A stretch of 64,000 bases of DNA from an uncultured Acidobacteriota bacterium (GTDB lineage Bacteria > Acidobacteriota > Terriglobia > UBA7540): NCBI GenBank assembly GCA_963804995.1, contig CAWDSK010000001.1, positions 544,001 through 608,000 on the forward strand. Reading direction: 5' to 3'. Shown piece by piece: positions 59,131 through 64,000 of the stretch; position 1 is the first letter of the stretch; each line of letters begins with the position of its first letter. Position numbers and translations under genes: made by a program. The notes under the pieces are model-generated. The model made no database searches. It worked only from the letters and a program-made list of their open reading frames with translations, and had not been told where the DNA came from.

Positions 59131-59731
59131 ATGAAAAAACTTGGAATCCTCCTTTCCGGCCGCGGCTCAAACTTTGAGGCCATCGCCCGCAACGTGCAAG
59201 CGGGCAAGATTCCGGCGGAAATCGCCGTGGTGATTAGCAATAAGGAAGACGCGCTGGGCTTGGCAAGGGCCCGGGAAATGGGGCTCGCGACCCGCTTCAT
59301 CCCCTCCAAGGGTAAAGAGCGCGAAGCATTCGACCGCGAAGTCGCGGCGGTGCTCAAAGAATTCCAGGTTGACTTGGTCTGCCTGGCCGGCTTCATGCGC
59401 ATCCTCAGTCCTTACTTCGTGCGGGAATTCCCCCGTCGCATCCTGAACATTCACCCCGCCTTGCTTCCTGCCTTCCCGGGAGAAGACGCGCAACGGCAGG
59501 CGCTCGAATACGGTGTTAAATTCACCGGCTGCACCGTTCACATCGTGGACGAAGGCGTGGATACCGGCCCCATCATCTGCCAGGCGGTGGTGCCGGTGCT
59601 CGAACGCCGACACCGCGGAAACGCTTGCCGCGCGAATCCTCAAAGAAGAACACCGCATTTACTCCGAGGCCATCTGTCTGCTCCTGGAAGACCGCGTTCA
59701 CATCGAAGGCCGCCGCGTGCTGGGCAAATGA
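59131..59731 (+). CDS. purN: Phosphoribosylglycinamide formyltransferase, +1 frameshift near 59608
   Basis: LSGRGSN, LAGFMRIL, NIHPALLP, GCTVH; C-terminus ADTAETLAARILKEEHRIY lies in the next frame. Confidence 0.93.
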
Positions 59732-59792
59732 TATCCACCCTCACAGGTAGCGACGAACGCATCGAGGTGATACACTAGCGTGTGTAATCCCT

Positions 59793-60074
59793 ATGGCCAC
59801 AAAGACCAGAATTAACGTTACCTTCGACCCTGAAACCTTGCGCCTAGCGGACCGGGAAGCCCGCCGACGGAAAACTTCGCGCAGCAATCTTATTCGCACC
59901 GCAGTTCGTGCTTTCGCCTCCGAGCACGAAAAACAACAGGCCGAGACCGCCCGGTTACAGCGCCAAAGGAAAGCGGTAGCGACCATGGACCGCTTGGCGC
60001 GAGAAGCCGGTGACTGGCCAGCAGTTGAGATTCTCCACGCGTGGAGATACCGGCTGCAGGGTGGCAAGAAGTGA
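59793..60074 (+). CDS. CopG/RHH antitoxin
   Basis: RINVTF...SRSNLIRTAV; GTGA overlap with the PIN gene. Confidence 0.8.
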   Translation: MATKTRINVTFDPETLRLADREARRRKTSRSNLIRTAVRAFASEHEKQQAETARLQRQRKAVATMDRLAREAGDWPAVEILHAWRYRLQGGKK

Positions 60075-60523
60075 CCACCGACCTTTCCAGATCCCGGTAC
60101 GTCGTCGACACTTCCGTTGTGCTGAAATGGTTTGTGCAAAGCGAAGAGAGTGATTGGTTACAGGCCCGGGAATTGCGCACAGCCTATATTCAGAAGCGTT
60201 GCACCCTGAGTTGCCCAGAGTTTCTTGTGCTCGAGCTTGCCAATGCTTTGAAGACGGGACGAAGGTTCACCGCCGATGAAATTAATGTAATTGCAGATTC
60301 GTTTCGGGCGCTGGACCTAGTCTTGGAGGCGTTAAGCTGGTCCACACTCGCGAAGGCAGTAGAGCTGGCGGCCTCGCTCAACGCGGCGGTCTACGATTCT
60401 TACTTTTTGGCCTCTGCAATCGAGTCTAGCAGCATCCTGGTGACGGCTGATGACCTCTTTGTGCGCAAGGTTGGGAAACATCCCAATCTGTCAGCGCTCC
60501 GCCAGCTCCAGATCCTGACCTGA
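60071..60523 (+). CDS. vapC: VapC PIN toxin
   Basis: VVDTSVVLKWF, ELANAL, VYDSYF, LVTAD. Confidence 0.9.
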   Translation: MTTDLSRSRYVVDTSVVLKWFVQSEESDWLQARELRTAYIQKRCTLSCPEFLVLELANALKTGRRFTADEINVIADSFRALDLVLEALSWSTLAKAVELAASLNAAVYDSYFLASAIESSSILVTADDLFVRKVGKHPNLSALRQLQILT

Positions 60524-60557
60524 GTGCAGAAGCTAATCCGACTGACGATTAACCCCT

Positions 60558-61868
60558 ATGACCCTCGACGAACAACTCGCATACCTCACCAAAGGCGCGG
60601 AGGAAACCATCCGCGTGGAAGAGCTCAAAGCCAAGCTGGAGCGCTCGGCGAAGACCGGCAAGCCGCTGCGCGTGAAAGCCGGGTTTGACCCCACGGCGCC
60701 GGATATTCACCTTGGCCACACCGTGCTGATTCGCAAGCTGAAACACTTCCAGGATCTCGGTCACACGGTGATTTTTCTGATTGGCGATTTCACCGGCATG
60801 ATCGGTGACCCTTCCGGCCGGAACGTCACGCGCCCACCTTTGACGCCGGAGGAGATCGCCGCCAACGCGGAAACTTACAAGAAACAGGTCTTCAAGATTC
60901 TCGATCCGCACAAGACTGTCGTGGACTTCAATAATCGCTGGCTCGGCAAACTCACTGGGCGCGACTGGGTGACGCTTTGCTCCAAGTACACCGTGGCGCG
61001 AATGCTGGAGCGTGACGACTTTGCCAATCGCATGAAAGAGCAGCGGCCCATTTCCATGCACGAACTGCTTTACCCGCTCTCGCAAGCGTACGACTCCGTG
61101 GCGCTCGAAGCTGATGTGGAACTTGGCGGCACCGACCAGAAATTCAATCTGCTCGTGGCGCGGGCCATCCAGGCCGAATATGGGCAGGAGTCGCAGGTCA
61201 TCATGACCACGCCCATCCTCGAAGGGCTCGACGGCGTGCAGAAGATGTCGAAGTCACTGGGCAACTACGTGGGCATCAATGAGCCCCCCGCCGAAATGTT
61301 CGGCAAGTTGCTGTCGATCTCGGATGAGATGATGTGGCGTTACTACCTGCTGCTCACCGATCTGACTCCTGCCCAGATTGAGGCACTCAAGACCTCGGTC
61401 GCGTCCGGAAAGAATCACCCGCTCGAAATGAAGAAAGCCCTGGCGCAGCGCATCATCACGGATTTCCACGGGCCGGAGGCAGCCGAGCAAGCGCAGAAGG
61501 ATTTTGAATTCAAGCACGAGAGCAAAGGGATTGATCCGAATGCACCCTCGGCGAGTGCCGTGGTTTCATCGGCAGGCCTCATACGGGTGACAGTTGGAGC
61601 CTCCGAGAAGGAGTTCAAGGTCGGTGCGAGGCTTGACACCTGGCTTGTGAACCTGGACATCTGCAAATCCAAGAGCGACGCCCAGCGCCAAATCAAAGCG
61701 GGTGCAGTCTATATTGCGACCGGGGACCTTGGGCAAGCCACTTGGGAGCGAATAACCAATCCCGCCTCAAAATTTTCTCCTTGGGACAACAAGGGCAATC
61801 CGGTTTACACGGAGGTAGTCTTTAAGGTGGGCCGCCAGCAATATCGAGTCAAGTTCCCGCCAAAGTAA
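60558..61868 (+). CDS. tyrS: Tyrosine--tRNA ligase
   Basis: [27 protein letters not shown]4-like C-terminus. Confidence 0.97.
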   Translation: MTLDEQLAYLTKGAEETIRVEELKAKLERSAKTGKPLRVKAGFDPTAPDIHLGHTVLIRKLKHFQDLGHTVIFLIGDFTGMIGDPSGRNVTRPPLTPEEIAANAETYKKQVFKILDPHKTVVDFNNRWLGKLTGRDWVTLCSKYTVARMLERDDFANRMKEQRPISMHELLYPLSQAYDSVALEADVELGGTDQKFNLLVARAIQAEYGQESQVIMTTPILEGLDGVQKMSKSLGNYVGINEPPAEMFGKLLSISDEMMWRYYLLLTDLTPAQIEALKTSVASGKNHPLEMKKALAQRIITDFHGPEAAEQAQKDFEFKHESKGIDPNAPSASAVVSSAGLIRVTVGASEKEFKVGARLDTWLVNLDICKSKSDAQRQIKAGAVYIATGDLGQATWERITNPASKFSPWDNKGNPVYTEVVFKVGRQQYRVKFPPK

Positions 61869-61882
61869 GATTCTCTGGTGCA

Positions 61883-62008
61883 ATGGTTCGAGTAAATCCG
61901 GACGGCACATCGACACCATTGACCATGCCAAATCATCCCCATTTGAAAGGGTCCACACTCAGGACCATCTGCACGCAGGCGGGCATCCCCAGAGACGAAT
62001 TCCTTTAG
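61883..62008 (+). pseudogene. HicA toxin C-terminal remnant
   Basis: MVRVNPDGTSTPLTMPNHPHLKGSTLRTICTQAGIPRDEFL; N-terminal helix and GSH motif absent. Confidence 0.6.
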
Positions 62009-62152
62009 ACCTTTGAAGGTTCATAGTTTGGCGCGACCGCTGGCCTCAATCAAAGTAAAGTTCGCCATGAACTTCGCGCCTTTCAATCTCCAACGATGGC
62101 TGAAAGCATCGAGCCGCTTGAACTGGGGTTGGCATGAAGACCTCAGGCTTGC

Positions 62153-62587
62153 TTACTGCTTCGGGGCGGGGATGGTGAGGTTGAGCACCAGATGTGTACG
62201 TATATCCACTGAGCTGACCTTCCGGACCTCTGAGGAAGCCCCCTTGAACGTGGCCTTAATCGTGTAATCGTGCGAAAGTGAGAGGTCGGCATACTGGTAC
62301 TGGCCTCCCTCCTGAGAGTAGATCTCCAGCACCTTCCCGGTCTGGAGATCAGTCAGCTCCACCGTCGCACCTTCAATCCCATTCTCCGTCGCGTCCATCA
62401 CTTGGCCGGTGACGGTTTTTGACGGAGGTTTCTTATCCTTGGCAAACCCTTCCGGGGCAAAAAGGATCAACGTCCCAACCAGGAGCAGGGCCGCAAGCGA
62501 AGCCGCTTTGCGGAGCGTGCCCTGAAATTCATCCCCCCGGTGCTGCCAACCGAATAGCGCTTTCACAATTGCTAGGCGTGAATTCAC
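62153..62587 (-). CDS. Secreted carboxypeptidase regulatory-like domain protein
   Basis: Signal peptide; VTGQVMD...GATVEL...GQYQY...YTIKA; start uncertain. Confidence 0.75.
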   Translation of the reverse strand: MNSRLAIVKALFGWQHRGDEFQGTLRKAASLAALLLVGTLILFAPEGFAKDKKPPSKTVTGQVMDATENGIEGATVELTDLQTGKVLEIYSQEGGQYQYADLSLSHDYTIKATFKGASSEVRKVSSVDIRTHLVLNLTIPAPKQ

Positions 62588-62588
62588 T

Positions 62589-62762
62589 CTACCAGGCCTC
62601 TTCTTCCTCTTCGGCTTCCTCGCTGGAAATGACGTCGATCTCCACCGGGTTAGTGTTCACCACTTCGAGCTCTGCGCCGCAATCGGGGCAATCCATCAGT
62701 GCCCCTTCTTCAACGTCGTCTTCAACATCAATCACGGCCTCGCACTCCGGGCAGTGAGCCAT
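62589..62762 (-). CDS. LysW-like zinc-ribbon acidic protein with non-canonical C-terminus
   Basis: CPEC...CPDCGAELEV; acidic tail ends EEEEEAW rather than EDWGE. Confidence 0.75.
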   Translation of the reverse strand: MAHCPECEAVIDVEDDVEEGALMDCPDCGAELEVVNTNPVEIDVISSEEAEEEEEAW

Positions 62763-63059
62763 AAAGCACCCCCAAAAGAACTCCCTGCTTCCCCCAGACA
62801 AGAGTCTAGTCATTTCCAAAGATGAAGTCCAGCGGGTCATCGACGTAAAGGGACGAAGTGACAGGCCATCCCAACATTGCGGTGGGCGTGAGTGTCCACC
62901 CGGTGGGGTCGCGACCTCCGGAGGCTTTTTGCCCTGATGGATTGGACGAACATGGCGGTTGGTTTTTGCCTCCATCTGGCTCTTTCCAATCCTGCCGTGC
63001 CGCGATACTCTGGAATCTCTTCGGAGCAGACCGGGGAATTAATCATCTCGAGGTGCGCC

Positions 63060-64000
63060 ATGAAGGACGATTTCAAATTCGCCACGCTTGCTGTGCACGC
63101 GGGGGAAGCCCCTTGCAAAATCACCGGGGCCATCGACACACCGATCTACCAATCCACCACGTTCGCCGCAGTGGATTCCGATGAAATGGCCGCGTTGTAC
63201 GCCGGAGAGAAGCCCGGATACACTTATGGGCGTTACGGGAATCCCACGGTCCACGCGTTGGAAGAAAAATTCGCGGCGCTCGAGGGCGGCGAAGCCGCGT
63301 TGGCCTTCGGCTCCGGCATGGCGGCTATTTCTTCTGCGATTCTGGGATACGTGAAAGCCGGTGATCATGTGGTGGCAGCGCGATCCCTTTACGGCGCAAC
63401 CTATGATTTCCTCAAGCGGGTACTCCCTGATCTGGGCGCCTCCGCAACCTTTGTGCAATCGACACGCCCCGAAGATTTCGAGAAGGCGATTCGGCCCAAT
63501 ACGCGCCTAATCTATTTGGAGACCCCCAGCAATCCCGTGCTGGAGATCCTGGACATCGCCGCGCTGGCCCGGATCGCCACAGCGCATGGCATCCCCTCCA
63601 TGATTGACAACACCTTCGCTTCGCCGGTGCTTCAACAACCCCTGAAAATGGGTGTGACCGTGGTGGTTCATGCCGCGACCAAGTATCTGTGCGGCCACGG
63701 TGACGCGATGGGAGGCGCCGTCATTGGCCCCCAGGACTACATCCGCCACCTCAATCTCCATGTCCTCCGCGACTTCGGCGGGGTCATGAGCCCCTTTAAC
63801 GCCTGGCTTATCCTGCGTGGAATCCACACCCTGCACCTTCGCGTTCCAGCACAATGCGCCAACGCCCAGAAGATCGCTGAATTCCTGGCTCAACACCCTA
63901 AGGTTGCGCATGTCAACTACCCCGGCCTCCCGGCTCATCCCGGCCACGACCTGGCCAAGCGGCAGATGAAAGGCTTTGGAGCCATGATGAGTTTTGAGGC
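63060..64000 (+). CDS. PLP-dependent transsulfuration enzyme (methionine gamma-lyase-like), 3' partial
   Basis: Manual translation: TPIYQSTTF, YGRYGNPT, GSGMAAI, ETPSNP, DNTFASP, HAATKYLCGHGD. Confidence 0.9.
   Translation, partial: MKDDFKFATLAVHAGEAPCKITGAIDTPIYQSTTFAAVDSDEMAALYAGEKPGYTYGRYGNPTVHALEEKFAALEGGEAALAFGSGMAAISSAILGYVKAGDHVVAARSLYGATYDFLKRVLPDLGASATFVQSTRPEDFEKAIRPNTRLIYLETPSNPVLEILDIAALARIATAHGIPSMIDNTFASPVLQQPLKMGVTVVVHAATKYLCGHGDAMGGAVIGPQDYIRHLNLHVLRDFGGVMSPFNAWLILRGIHTLHLRVPAQCANAQKIAEFLAQHPKVAHVNYPGLPAHPGHDLAKRQMKGFGAMMSFE

Noticed and set aside
62860..63050. Possible riboswitch before the methionine gamma-lyase-like gene
   Set aside because: No SAM or c-di-GMP consensus could be aligned.

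Overview
64 kb of a GC-rich bacterial chromosome. Gene content and repeat families suggest Acidobacteriota (Terriglobia-like), which is inference only. The backbone carries carbohydrate catabolism (GH78 end, secreted glycoside hydrolase, sialidase-like protein, fucI, SSS-galT-galK), a fluoride riboswitch-crcB-DUF190 unit, a radical SAM plus MacB/LolD-type ABC exporter, cytochrome c biogenesis (resB/ccsA), mutS2, ilvBN, purF-lepB-purM-purN, tyrS, a LysW-like protein and a partial methionine gamma-lyase-like gene. Two complete insertion sequences are present. One is an IS4/IS701-like element with an AbrB-like ORF, a -1 slippery site and an 18-bp palindromic target duplication inside a REP-like repeat. 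The other is an IS1595 with an 8-bp target duplication. An accessory island at about 43.6-52.3 kb holds a three-gene operon (small protein, Rad50/SMC-type ATPase with zinc hook and HEPN-like motif, PIN nuclease) that is the best candidate for an undescribed defence system, plus a vapBC-type pair and a TIR remnant. Six genes are broken by +1 insertions that are probably sequencing errors. No tRNA, rRNA or CRISPR array was seen.
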